This document shows, piece by piece, positions 11,163 to 21,948 of a stretch of 64,000 nucleotides of DNA (positions are counted from its first letter, which is position 1; every line of letters starts with the position of its first letter). The position numbers and the translations under genes were made by a program. Origin of the DNA: an uncultured Candidatus Rokubacteria bacterium (GTDB taxonomy: Bacteria; Methylomirabilota; Methylomirabilia; Rokubacteriales; CSP1-6); NCBI GenBank assembly GCA_963747235.1, contig CAVVEU010000017.1, forward strand, positions 94,127 through 158,126. Reading direction: 5' to 3'. Below the pieces are notes generated by a model. It saw nothing but the letters and a program-made list of their open reading frames with translations. It had not been told where the DNA came from and did not search any database.

Positions 11163-12051
11163 ATGCCGACCACCCTGCGCGACCCCGACGCCCTGATCTC
11201 GACCGATGCCCTGGCCGCCCGGCTCACCCAGCCCGGGCTGCGCGTCTACGACTGCACGACCTATCTCGAGCCGCCCGATCCCGGCTCGGACGATCCCTAC
11301 AAGGTGGTCTCCGGCCGGAAGACCTTCGTCGCCGGCCACATCCCAGGGGCCGACTTCCTCGACCTGCAGGGGGAGCTCTCCGCGACCGACACGAAGCTCA
11401 AGTTCACGATGCCGCCGGCCGAGCACCTGGCGCGCGCCTTCGGCCGCCACGGCCTGGGCGACGGCGCCCGCGTCGTGCTCTACAGCATCGGCTCCATGAT
11501 GTGGGCCACGCGCGTCTGGTGGATGCTCCGCGCGCTCGGCTTCGACGGCGCCGCGGTGCTCGACGGCGGCTTCGACGGCTGGCAGGCGGAGGGCCGCGCG
11601 ATCGAGACCGGGGAACCGCGAGGGCTATCCGCCCGCCAGCTTCACGCCGCGCCCTCGCCCGGGGCGGTTCGTGGACAAGACCGCGGTCCGTGCCGCGATC
11701 GGCGATCCCGGCACCGTCACCGTGAACGCGCTCCGCCCCGAGTCCCACCAGGGTCTCGAGCCCTCGCTCTACGGCCGGCCGGGCCGCGTGCCGGGCTCGG
11801 TCAACGTGCCGGCGGCGACCCTGGTGGATCCCGCGACCAAGCGCTTCGTCTCGCCCGCCGACGCCCTGGCCCGGTTCGCCGCGGCCGGCATCGCCCCGGA
11901 CAAGCACGTGATCGCCTACTGCGGCGGCGGCATCTCCGCCACCATCGACCTCTTCCTGCTGCACCAGCTCGGCTTCGACGACCTCACGCTCTACGACGGC
12001 TCCATGGGCGAGTGGGCCAAGGACCCGAGCCTGCCGATCGAGACCGACTGA
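11163..12051 (+). CDS. Sulfurtransferase, tandem rhodanese (SseA-like); frameshift near 11620
   Basis: GHIPGA, RVWW, VLDGG, YCGGGIS, LYDGSMGEW. Confidence 0.88.
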
Positions 12052-12066
12052 GGTCGGCCGGCCCGC

Positions 12067-12676
12067 CTAGGGGGTCTTCGGGACGCGCCGGTTCCATCGC
12101 ACCACGTAGGCGACCACGCCGGCGATCACCGCGATGAGCAGCGGCGAGGGCCAGCCAGCGCTCCACCCGGTGAACGTCGGCCAGGATGGCGGTGACCTGG
12201 TCCGCGAAGAAGTAGGCCAGCCCGAAGGCGAACGACACGCTCACGGCCGCGGCGCCCGCGTCGGCGACGATGAACTTCCAGAACGGCACGCGCGCGATGC
12301 CCGCGGTCAGGAACGCCGCCGCGCGCAGGCCCGCGACGTGGCGGGCCATGGCGACGGTCTTCATGGCGTGCTGACGGTACGCTGCCTTCAGCCGCTCCTC
12401 CCGCGCCGCCGTCAGCACCCAGCGGACCACGCGCCAGTTGAGGACGCGCTCGCCCCAGCGCCGGCCGACCCAGTAGAGCACCACGTCGCCGGACACCACA
12501 CCCACAAAGCAGATCGGGAGCGCCAGCCACCACCGCGCGAGCCCTTCGTGGCTCAGGATGCCGGCGGCGACGATCGGCATCTCCTCCGGGATCGGCACGC
12601 CCAGGCTGCCGAGCAACAGGGTGGCCAGGATGGCCGCGTACGTGAACCGGTCGACGAACTCCTGAAGGATCGCCAT
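12067..12676 (-). CDS. DedA family membrane protein (probable frameshift near the 3' end)
   Basis: GVPIPEE, GDVVLYWVGR, ARHVAGLR. Confidence 0.85.
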
Positions 12677-12697
12677 GGGCGACCCGGGCGGCGGCGT

Positions 12698-13856
12698 CTA
12701 GGGCGCCGTCAGGTTGTAGAGCCGCGCGCAGTTGTCCCAGAGGATCTTCGACTTCGACTTGTCGGTGACGCCGTCCAGGTGCACGAACTCCTCGATCGCC
12801 TTCGGGAAGAGCCCGTCCGAGTGCGGGTAGTCGGTCGAGACGACGATGTTGTCGTCGCCGATCGCCTCGATGACCTGGCGGAGCGGCTTCTCGTCGGCGT
12901 CGGTGGCGATCACGCACTGCCGGAAGAAGTACTGGCTGGGCGTCTGCGCGATCTGGATCTCGGAGCCGGGGCCGAACTTCTCCCACGCCTCGTCGAGCCG
13001 CCACAGGTACCAGGGCAGCCAGCCGCACGTGCCCTCGAGGAACGCGCAGCGCAGGCCGGGATGCCGCTCGAGGACGCCGCCGGCGGCCATGCTGCCGAAG
13101 GCCATCATCAGCTCGACGGGGTTGCGGCCGGCCACGCCGATGACGCGGCCGTTCGGGGTGTCGAGGTAGCGGCGGGCGATGTCGTCGCGCAGCGACGCCT
13201 GCCCGGTCGGGTGGAAGCCGACCGGCACGCCGAGCTCCTCGATGGCGGCCCACAGCGGCTCCATCTGCGGGTCGTGGACGTGGCGGCCGTTGATCGGGTT
13301 CGGGTTGCCGATGACCGCCACCGCGCCGAGCTGGCGCACCGCGCGCCGGGCCTCCGCGATCGCGCCGGGCACGTCGTGGAACGCCACCTGGGCGGCGAAC
13401 TTGAGGCGCGACGGCTCGTACTGGCAGTAGTCGTACGTCCAGTCGTTGTGCGCGCGGGCCAGCGCGGAGGCGACCGCCGGGTCGAGGTCGTCGTGCATGA
13501 GCACCTGGCGCCCGCGCGTGCCGTAGAGGACGGCCACGTCGATGCCCTCGATGTCCATGGCCTGGATGTGGGACTCGGCGTCGTAGCCGCGCGCGTGCGC
13601 GATCTCGTAGTGCGGCGACCGCGCGAAGGCGCGCTGGTGGAGATCCTTGCCGACGACGCGCGGTGCGCGCCCGCTTGGACATCTCGCCCAGCTCGAGGTC
13701 GCCGATCTTGATGACCGGCTGATTCGGCGAGTTCGCGCTGTTGCGGAGGAATTGCGGCGCGAACTGCTTGAACGGCTCGGCGAGGTAGCGCTCCCAGAGG
13801 CCGTCGGGCTCCATCGTGTGCAGATCCGAGTCCATGACCTTGAAGCCGTTCTTCAT
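12698..13856 (-). CDS. Amidohydrolase_2 family protein (frameshift near 13660)
   Basis: DSDLHTMEP, MDIEGID, FLEG, STDYPHSD. Confidence 0.88.
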
Positions 13857-13869
13857 CGCGGGTCCTCCT

Positions 13870-15034
13870 CTACTTGCTCTTGAAGGCCGGCATGACCTGC
13901 GCCGAGAAGCGCTCGAGCTGCTCGAGGATCACCGCCTGCGGCGTGCCGACCGGCTGGCCCACGTTGACGACCTCGAGGCCGGGGTACTTGTGCTGGATCT
14001 CCATGAGCTGCTCGGTGATGAGCTCGGGCGGCCCGATCAGCCACGAGCCCGCCTTGACCGCGTTCCGCAGGGTCGGCAGGTTGGCCTGACGCGCCCGCTT
14101 CGGGTCGGCCACCGCGTCGATCTGCTCGGGCGTGAGCCCGGGCACGAAGCCGAGCGGGGCGAACATCTTGATGTTCTCCTCGAAGAACGGCGTCGCTTCC
14201 TTGATGCCCTGCTCGACGCTGTCGGCGATGTGGAACGAGAACCCGATGCAGAGCCCCTCGCCCGGCTCGCCCTCCCGGCCGGCGCGGGCGCGGGACTCGC
14301 GGAAGGCCTGGACCACCTTCTCGTTGGCGCCGCCGGGCGCCGCGCCGCCGCCGATGATGCCCCGGATGTCGTGCTTGGCCATGAAGTCGAGCGCCCGCGG
14401 GCTCGCGCTGACCACCGGCTGCCAGCACTCGACCGGCAGCGTCTTCGGCCGCGGCACCAGGGTGATCTCCTCGAGCTCGTAGCCGCGGTAGGGGACCCGC
14501 GGCGGGATCGTGTAGTGCTTGCCCTGGTGCGAGAAGGCGCGCTGGTTGAACGACTTGAAGATCAGGTCGACCTGCTCCTCGAAGAGCTCGCGGTTGGCGT
14601 TCTGATCGAGCAGCGGCGCCCCGAAGGCCTCGACCTCGCGGGTGTGGTAGCCGCGCCCGACGCCGAACACGACGCGGCCGCCGGTCAGCCGGTCCACGGT
14701 GGCGAAGTCCTCGGCCATCCGGATCGGGTGCCACATCGGCGCGATGTTGAAGCCGCAGCCGACGCGGATGTTCTTCGTGAGGTGGCAGAGGTGCAGGGCC
14801 AGCATCAGCACGTTCGGGATGCACTCGTAGCCCTCGCGCTGGAAGTGGTGTTCCGCCAGCCAGAAGATGTCATAGCCGGTGCGGTCCATCAGCTTCGCGA
14901 TGGCCTCGCTCTTCGGGAAACACCGTCGCCAGGCGCTCGTCGGAGAGCCAGCGATCGTTCGCGGGCGTGCCGTCGAAGCCCTCGTCGTCCAGATCCACGT
15001 GGCCCGCGAACAGGCTGCCGAAGCTCGTGATCAT
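13870..15034 (-). CDS. LLM-class flavin-dependent oxidoreductase (frameshift near 14915)
   Basis: WLAEHHF, WHPIRMAED, GRVVFGVGRGY. Confidence 0.88.
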
Positions 15035-15045
15035 GATGGCTCCCC

Positions 15046-16231
15046 TCAGGACAGCTTGTAGGCCCGGGCGACGTTCTCGCCCAGGATGGCGCGGCGTCCC
15101 GAGTCCGGCATCGGCGCGACCATCTCGCGCGAGCTCCTCGAGGTAGTTGCCGGGATGATCGGGATGCGGGTAGTCGCTCGCCCAGAAGAACTTGTCCTCG
15201 CCGACGAGCTGCATCATGGCGGGGATCGTGCGCTCGTCCGGATCGGCGGAGATGTAGCACTGGCGCTTGAAGTAGTGCGACGGCTTCTCCTTGAGCCGGA
15301 CGGTGGCGCCGAGCGTGGTCCCGCCGAAGATGGCGTCGGCGCGGTCCAGGAAGTAGCCGATCCAGCCGGCCTGCGATTCGAGGACCACCACCCGGAGGCG
15401 CGGGAAGCGGTCGAAGACCCCGAGCTGGAAGAAGGTGGCGAAGGCCTGCTGCACGCCGTGGCCCGCGAAGAGGTCGAAGTACCACACCGCCCAGCCGAAC
15501 TTGTCGTAGCGGTGATGCACGTTCCAGGCGGGCGGCTCGAAGGTGGGGTGGATCGCGAGCGGCACGTCCAGGTCCTGCGCGGCCGCGAAGACCGCGTCGT
15601 GGTCAGGCGCGCCGTGGGGCACGCGCGTGATCGTGAACGGGCACACGAAGGCCCCGCGGCAGCCGTCGCGCACCGCGCGCTCGAGCTCCCGGGCCGCCTC
15701 GGCGGGATCGCCCAGCGAGAGATGCGCGATGGGAATCAGCCGGCCCCCGGAGTCGCGGCAGAAATCGGCGATCCAGCGGTTGTACGCGCGGCAGTAGGCG
15801 CCGGACAGCTCGGGGTCCATCAGCTCGGCTTCCCAGAGGAGCCCGATCGTCGGATAGAGGATCGCCTTCGCCATGCCCTCGCGATCGAGGAGCTGCACGC
15901 GCTCGGCCATGTCCATGGTGCCGAACGCGGCGCCGCGCAGGTAGGTCTGCTCCGGCCCCGGGCGGATCCCCCGCATGTCCTCCGGGCGGATCTCGCCGGC
16001 CATGGCCCGCTCGCGCAGCAGGCGCGCCTCGTCCACCCGCTTGCCCATCCCGCCCAGCGTGCCGAGCTGGCCGGGGCGCGGCAGGGTGGCGCGCCGGCCG
16101 TCGATCTCCAGGTACTCGTAGTCGTCGTCGCCGACCCGGATCCGGATGGCGCGGCTCCTGTAGCGCGCCTCGAGATACTTCTCCCACAGGTCGGGCGGCT
16201 CGAGGATGTGCCCGTCGCAATCGATGATCAT
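15046..16231 (-). CDS. Amidohydrolase_2 family protein (frameshift near the 3' end)
   Basis: IDCDGHILEP, RAYNRW, WASDYPHPD. Confidence 0.88.
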
Positions 16232-16255
16232 CGCGCTGGTACAATACCCGAACCC
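16232..16255. promoter_or_regulatory. Putative bidirectional promoter with overlapping -10 boxes
   Basis: TGG-TACAAT at 16237-16245 on +; TATTGT at 16246-16241 on -; 24 bp between divergent ATGs, no SD sequence. Confidence 0.55.
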
Positions 16256-17260
16256 ATGAAGCTCGGCACCTCCGTTCGGTTCCTCTTCCCGACGTCGCCG
16301 GCCACCCACGAGCGATTCAGGAGCCTGCTCGCGTCGATGCCGAAGGGCGCCTTCATCGAGCGGCCGATGGGCGCCTACGCGCCGGACGAGCAGGCGCGCA
16401 ACCTGATGGAGGTCGCCGCCGCGGCCCGCGCGGCCGGCCTCGACGCGCTGCTGACCGGCGACAGCCATGGCGGCAATCCCGCCTACGCCGCGACGTTCTC
16501 CCCGCTGCCCACCGTCGCGCGCCTGATGAGCGTGACCGGCGACATGCCCATCGGCGTGGTCCTGCTCGCGCCCTTCTATCACCCGGTGCTGCTGGCCGAG
16601 CAGATCGGCACGCTCGCCGCGTTCGCGGGCGGGCCGCTGATCGTGACCTTCGTGCTGGGCGGCCGCCCGCCGCAGTTCGCCGCCTTCGGCATGGAGGAGA
16701 AGAGCCGGGTCGGCCGCCTCGCGGAAGTGGTGCCGATCACGCGCGCGCTCCTGGCCGGCGAGCGCGTCACCCACCGCGGCCGCTACTTCACGCTGGAGGG
16801 CGCCACCATCAGCCCGCTGCCGCGCGTCCCGGTGGAGATCTGGCTCGGCGGGACGGTGGCGGCGTCGGCCGAGCGCGCCGGGCAGATGGGCGACGCCTGG
16901 CTGACCGGCCAGAACGCGACGGACGAGGAGCTGCGGCGCCAGCTCGATCTCTACCGCGAAGCGGCGACGCGCGCCGGACGCTCACCACGCCCGGTCCTGC
17001 GCCGCGACATCTACGTCGGCGAGTCCGACGAGGAGGCGCGCGCCGTCGTCGGCGCCATCCTCGCCGAAGGCTATCGCGGCACCGGCGTCGACCAGCTCCT
17101 CGTGGGCAGCGCGGAGACCGTCGTCGACAGCCTCCGTCGCTACCGGAGCATGGGCTTCGACTACGTGATGGTGCGGCACGTCGTCGGCGACCACCAGCTC
17201 ATGCTGCGCTCGTTCGAGCGCATCGGCCGCGACGTGATGCCGCGGATCCGGGATCTTTGA
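16256..17260 (+). CDS. LLM-class oxidoreductase
   Basis: YHPVLLAEQIGTL, IWLGG, LLVGSAETV. Confidence 0.85.
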   Translation: MKLGTSVRFLFPTSPATHERFRSLLASMPKGAFIERPMGAYAPDEQARNLMEVAAAARAAGLDALLTGDSHGGNPAYAATFSPLPTVARLMSVTGDMPIGVVLLAPFYHPVLLAEQIGTLAAFAGGPLIVTFVLGGRPPQFAAFGMEEKSRVGRLAEVVPITRALLAGERVTHRGRYFTLEGATISPLPRVPVEIWLGGTVAASAERAGQMGDAWLTGQNATDEELRRQLDLYREAATRAGRSPRPVLRRDIYVGESDEEARAVVGAILAEGYRGTGVDQLLVGSAETVVDSLRRYRSMGFDYVMVRHVVGDHQLMLRSFERIGRDVMPRIRDL

Positions 17261-17292
17261 GGGCGATCATCCTGACGCGGTTGTGGCCGCGT

Positions 17293-17430
17293 GGCGTCCG
17301 ACGACTGTCACTTCCGGGCGGGTCCGGGTTTCCAAGTAGCTGACTTCTAGGTCTTCTCGCGCTGGCCTGGCTCTTGCTGATTCTCTGCTGGGGTCCGGGA
17401 CGGAGCCCGCGGTCGCCCAGGCTGGTGCCC
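17293..17430 (+). promoter_or_regulatory. IHF-like site + sigma54 (-24/-12) promoter + GGA-loop hairpin, copy 1
   Basis: CAAGTAGCTGACT; TGGC-CTGGCTC-TTGCT; GGGGTCCG-GGA-CGGAGCCC; conserved in copy 2 at about 20475-20617. Confidence 0.6.
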
Positions 17431-17505
17431 TCCTTGTTCGGTCCAGATCTTCGCATTGGCCGCGGCTCCTCCGTCCCGGGCCAACCACGATCCGCGGAGG
17501 TGGTC

Positions 17506-17850
17506 ATGAAGACACCGCTCCTCGTCGTTGCCGCAGCAGGGCTCTTCTGTGGATTCACCGCCACGCCGGAGTTCGAGCGCAAGACGAGAGAGAACGTCAG
17601 CGACTCGATCACCGTGGCGACCCAGGAGTGCTGGAGCAAGCTCAAGGGCAAGGCTCAGGTGGAGTGGTACCGGCACCTGCGGGCGATCGACGAGCCCGGC
17701 CGAGCGGACGCGGTCATGATGTCGACGATGCGATCGGTCGAGCAGTGTGTCGCCAGCGCCGCCGGCTCCCCGGAGTACGCCCCGAGCCTCTGGAAGACGG
17801 TCGACACATTCGTGCAGCAGCGCTTCGGCACCCACCGGCGCGCCGGATAA
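17506..17850 (+). CDS. Small exported hypothetical protein (114 aa, two Cys in the mature part)
   Basis: GGAGG RBS; MKTPLLVVAAAGLFCG leader; a paralog fragment at 20614-20757 supports coding status. Confidence 0.7.
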   Translation: MKTPLLVVAAAGLFCGFTATPEFERKTRENVSDSITVATQECWSKLKGKAQVEWYRHLRAIDEPGRADAVMMSTMRSVEQCVASAAGSPEYAPSLWKTVDTFVQQRFGTHRRAG

Positions 17851-17852
17851 GG

Positions 17853-18114
17853 TCAGCGCAGGGGCGGCCGCGGAACGGGGATCGAAGCGCCGCGGTCCCA
17901 CAGCTGCCGCAGCACCCGGCGCCGCTCCAGCTCGAGCTGGTCGAGGGCCTCCAGGGCCGAGGGCGCCTCGGCCGACACAGCCGGGCAGCTCCGGATGCTC
18001 CGCCCGGCGCAGCCACTCGCCCCCGCGCTCGACCGACTCGAGCACCAGCAGGTACGGCACCGCCTCGTAGTACGCGAGCGGTCCGCCGGTCGCTCCCTTC
18101 AGAGGCGCGCCCAT
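17853..18114 (-). CDS. HicB-fold small protein, no HicA partner (frameshift near 17970)
   Basis: YEAVPYLLVLES..GEWLRRAEHPELPGCV; other frame EALDQLELERRRVL..IPVPRPPLR*. Confidence 0.6.
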
Positions 18115-18124
18115 CAGACGCCCA

Positions 18125-19430
18125 TCAGACGAACGGCACCCACGCGATGGGCACGCCGGCGTCGGACTGGCGCGCCTTCTCCGTCGCGCTGATCCAGCTC
18201 GCGCCGTCCGGCAAGACCGCCGAGGCCGGCCGCACCCGGTAGAGGCTCGGGTCGTCCACGTTGGCGGGCAGCGCGCCCTGGTCCCGCAGCGCCCTGGCGG
18301 CCTCGAGGAGCCGGCGCCGCACGAAGATCACCATGGCGTCGGTGGTGCCGAGGTGCTCCTGCGTCCGGTCGTAGATCGGCCCCATCGTCTCGGTCATCGC
18401 CCGGTCTTGCAGGTTGCCGAGGAACGGGATGCCGAGGGTCAGCTCCTTCTGCAGCTCGTAGTCGACGCTTGTAGTCGTTGTGGATGTTGGCCGCGGTGTA
18501 GAAGCGGCGGTGCGGATCGCCGCCCGACTCGACGTAGCCGCCCCAGGAGGCGAAGGGATCGCGCACCTGCCGCGCTTCCTCCTCGGTCACCGGCCGGTCG
18601 AGCCGCGCGCGCATCACGAACTGGAGATTGTAGTGGTCGTCGAGCGGCACCCAGGCCCGCGCCGAGACGATGTGGGGATCGCTCGCCGCGATCATCGAGT
18701 AGAACGGCAGGATGAACTGGGTGATGCGGTGCCAGTACAGGCCCTCGACGTCCGAGCGCCGCCGGGCCGAGTAGCAGGCGCCGTAGTCCGTGGGCAGCAC
18801 CTCGAGCCGCGGCCGCTTGTCCCGGTGGAACGTGCCGCGCTGCTTGCGTGTCGGGCGTGCGCTTGGCGTGCACGAAGTCGATGTGGGAGGAATCGATGTC
18901 GCCCTCGAGCGCCTGCACCCAGTTGCACTCCTCCAGCATCATCAGCGGCGGGTAGACCTGCGTCGGCGGGCAGCGTGTTGATCTCGAAGGCCGGGAAGGG
19001 CGGCGCCGTCTCGCGCGGGCCCATGTAGGTCCAGATCACGCCGTTGACGTCGCGGCACGGATACGCGCGGGCCCGGATCTTGTCCTTGAAGGTGCTCTCC
19101 TCCGGCTCGTTCGGCATGTCCACGCAGCGGCCGGTGACGTCGTACTTCCAGCCGTGGTACGAGCAGCGGAGCCCGCACTCCTCGTTGCGGCCGAAGAAGA
19201 GCGACGCGCCGCGGTGCGGGCAGTTGGCCGCCAGCAGCCCGACCTCGCCCCGCGTGTCGCGAAACGCGATCAGGTCCTCGCCGAGCAGGCGCACCTTCTT
19301 CGGCGGGCAGTCGGGCGCGGGCAGCTCGCTCGAGGGCAGGCACGGCATCCAGTAGTGCCGCAGGAGCTCGCCCATGGGCGTTCCGCGTGCCGACCCGGCA
19401 CAGCAGCTCGTTGTCTTCGCTCGAGAGCAT
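18125..19430 (-). CDS. Rieske oxygenase alpha subunit, phthalate 4,5-dioxygenase-like (several frameshifts)
   Basis: CPHRG..CSYHGW Rieske motif; CNWVQALEGDIDSSHIDFVH mononuclear iron site. Confidence 0.9.
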
Positions 19431-19453
19431 GGGCCGCCTCCTCTGACCGTCTC

Positions 19454-20418
19454 CTATTGCCAGACCGCGAAGGCCATCCCGACGCCGGAGCCGGCCTCGG
19501 ACCGGTAGGACGGGACGTAGTCCACGAGGCGCATCGCCAGGTGCTCGGCCGCGCCGGCGGTCGCGATCCAGTTGCGGATCTCGGAGTTGCCGGACTCGAA
19601 GCTGCGCCGCCGGCAGCGCGCTCAGCGCCTCGCCGTCCTTCTTGGCGAGCAGGTCGAGCACGTGCCGGTCCAGCTCCTCGTCGACGAAGAAGTGGCTGAG
19701 CCCGCCCGAGGCCACGACGGCCACGCGCTTGCGCGACCGGCCAGGCCTCGATCGCCTGCCGGATGGCCCGCCCGAGCTGGTAGCAGCGCCTCGGCGTCGG
19801 CTGGTTCGGCGGATAGTACGTGTTGAGCAGGACCGGCACGATGGGCACCACGCGGTCGCCCATGAGCCGCTGGTGCACGAAGCTCCAGGCGTGGCCGAAG
19901 GGGCCGTGGCGCGGCTGCACGCGGATGTGGGCCACGTCGAAGTCGAACTCGTGCGTGAGCGTCTCGACCAGGTGCCGGCCGAGGGCCGCGTCCACCGGGA
20001 ACGTCCGGTTCGCGCCGTCGCCGTAGAGGCCCCAGTAGGAGAGCCGGCGCAGGGCCGGCACGCTCTCGACCGGCGGCGGCAGGTTCTCGACGGACTCGCC
20101 CCAGTAGATGCAGAGCGCCGGCTGATTGTCCGGGCTGAACCACTCGTGCTGGTCGTCGCCGATCACGACGACCACGTCGGGCGCTTCGTCGGCGAGGACG
20201 CCGCCCAGCTGCCGGATGGCCGCCTGCGTCGCCTCGTGGCGGGCCCGCGTCACCTCGGGCGCGAGCTCGCGGCCGATCCACGCGGCGCTCTCGCGCGCCT
20301 TCGCGGCGAACTCCGGCAGGCGCGCGCGGTCCAGATCGCCGAGCCCCGCGAAGGCTTCGTGGGGCGTGCTCAGCATCGGGCTGTGCGAGCTGCCGATGCC
20401 GAGGGTGACCTCCGCCAT
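19454..20418 (-). CDS. LigB-like class III extradiol ring-cleavage dioxygenase (frameshifts)
   Basis: SSHSPML, IGDDQHE, GHAWSF, SGGLSHF, SGNSEIRNW. Confidence 0.85.
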
Positions 20419-20474
20419 GATGCGCCCGAGAATCTGCCGCGAGCGACGCCATGTCAAGCGACCGGCTCACGTTC

Positions 20475-20617
20475 GGCACCCGGGTGACAGTCCTCGACGG
20501 CGGGCCGGGCCGGGCTCCTGTAACTAGCTGATTCCGGGATCGTCCAGCGATGGCTTGGCTCTTGCCCCGCTCCGAGTGGGGTCCGGGACGGAGCCCACGG
20601 TCGCCAGGCTGGCGCCC
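20475..20617 (+). promoter_or_regulatory. IHF-like site + sigma54 promoter + hairpin, copy 2
   Basis: TAACTAGCTGATT; TGGC-TTGGCTC-TTGC; GTGGGGTCCG-GGA-CGGAGCCCAC. Confidence 0.6.
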
Positions 20618-20757
20618 GGGCGGATGCGGTCGTGGCGTCGACGGCGAGCTCGGTCGCCCTATGCGTCGCCGACGCCGCAGCTTCCCGGGAGCCCGACCCG
20701 AGCATCCGGCCGATCGTCGACGCGTTCGTGAAGCACCACTTCGACTACACCCGGTAG
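20614..20757 (+). pseudogene. C-terminal remnant of a paralog of 17506..17850
   Basis: RADAVVASTASSVALCVADAAASREPDPSIRPIVDAFVKHHF aligns with RADAVMMSTMRSVEQCVASAAGSPEYAPSLWKTVDTFVQQRF. Confidence 0.7.
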
Positions 20758-21839
20758 CGCTTGAGCGCGTCGGGATCCACCGTCGCGCCGAAGCCCGGGT
20801 GATCCCCGAGCCGGACGGCGCCGCCGTCGAGCCGCACCGGCTCGACGACCACATCGCCGGCCATCTTCAGCGGCCCCACCGCCTCGCAGCCGTCGACGAT
20901 CGCCTCGCTCACCGCGGCCACCGCGGCTTCCGCGAGGGTCGACAGCGTCAGCCCGAAGCCGTGCCCGATCACGACGCGCAGGCCGGCGGCGGATGCCAGC
21001 TCCACCATGGCGAGCGTGCGGAGCAGGCCCCCCTGCTTCATGACCTTCACCTTCACCAGGTCGGCCGCCTCGCGCCGGATGATCTCGACCAGCGAGGCGG
21101 GGCCGGTCACGCTCTCGTCCGCCATGAGCGGGATGCCGATGGCCCGGCGGATCTCGGCGAGCCCGGCGATCTCCGCGCGCGGGATGGGCTGCTCGACCAG
21201 CGTCAGGTCGTAGGGCTCGAGGCGCCGGATGAACGGCGCCGCCTCCGCCGGCCGCAGGCTCTCGTTGAAGTCGACGCGCAGGGCCATCCGCGGGCCGACC
21301 GCCGCCCGCACGGCGGCCACGCGCGCGATTCCCTCGGGCGTGGCGCCGGACACCTTGATCTTGGCCGAGCGGAAGCCCCGCCCGAGCCAGGCCGTCGCCT
21401 CCCGCGCGGCCTGCTCGGGCGGCACCGTGCCGATCCAGGCGTTGAACGCGATCTCGTCCTTCACGCGCCCACCCAGGAGCGAGTGGACGGGCACGCCGAG
21501 GGCGCGCGCCTTCAGGTCGACGAGGGCCATCTCGACCACCGCGATCGCCTCGGAGCGTCCCGGCGCCTCGCGGTCCATGGCGGCGAGGGCGCGGCGCAGG
21601 TTGAACGGATCCGCCCCGGTCAGCGCCGGGGCGATCCGCCGGACGGTGTCCCGGACCTCCGCCGCCGACATGGCCGAGTAGCCCGGCGTGGGATCGACGT
21701 TGCCCCAGCCCTCGACGCCGTCGTCGCTACCGACGCGCACGAGCACGCTGCGCTGGACGGTGGTGACGCCGTGCACGCCGTGGACCGGCTCGCGTAGCGG
21801 CACGTCGACCAGGATCGGCTCGATGGCGACGATGCGCAT
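20745..21839 (-). CDS. Mandelate racemase/muconate cycloisomerase family enolase
   Basis: KIKV, RVDFNE, VEQP, MADES, KVMKQGG. Confidence 0.9.
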   Translation of the reverse strand: MRIVAIEPILVDVPLREPVHGVHGVTTVQRSVLVRVGSDDGVEGWGNVDPTPGYSAMSAAEVRDTVRRIAPALTGADPFNLRRALAAMDREAPGRSEAIAVVEMALVDLKARALGVPVHSLLGGRVKDEIAFNAWIGTVPPEQAAREATAWLGRGFRSAKIKVSGATPEGIARVAAVRAAVGPRMALRVDFNESLRPAEAAPFIRRLEPYDLTLVEQPIPRAEIAGLAEIRRAIGIPLMADESVTGPASLVEIIRREAADLVKVKVMKQGGLLRTLAMVELASAAGLRVVIGHGFGLTLSTLAEAAVAAVSEAIVDGCEAVGPLKMAGDVVVEPVRLDGGAVRLGDHPGFGATVDPDALKRYRV

Positions 21840-21948
21840 GGCGGAGAGAATCCGCCCGGCGCGGTCCGCCGTCAAGGGGCCGGGCCGGCGGGGGCCACGC
21901 CGGGCGGCGTTGACAACCGTCCTGCCCGAGGCGTATGAGGGAATCGCC

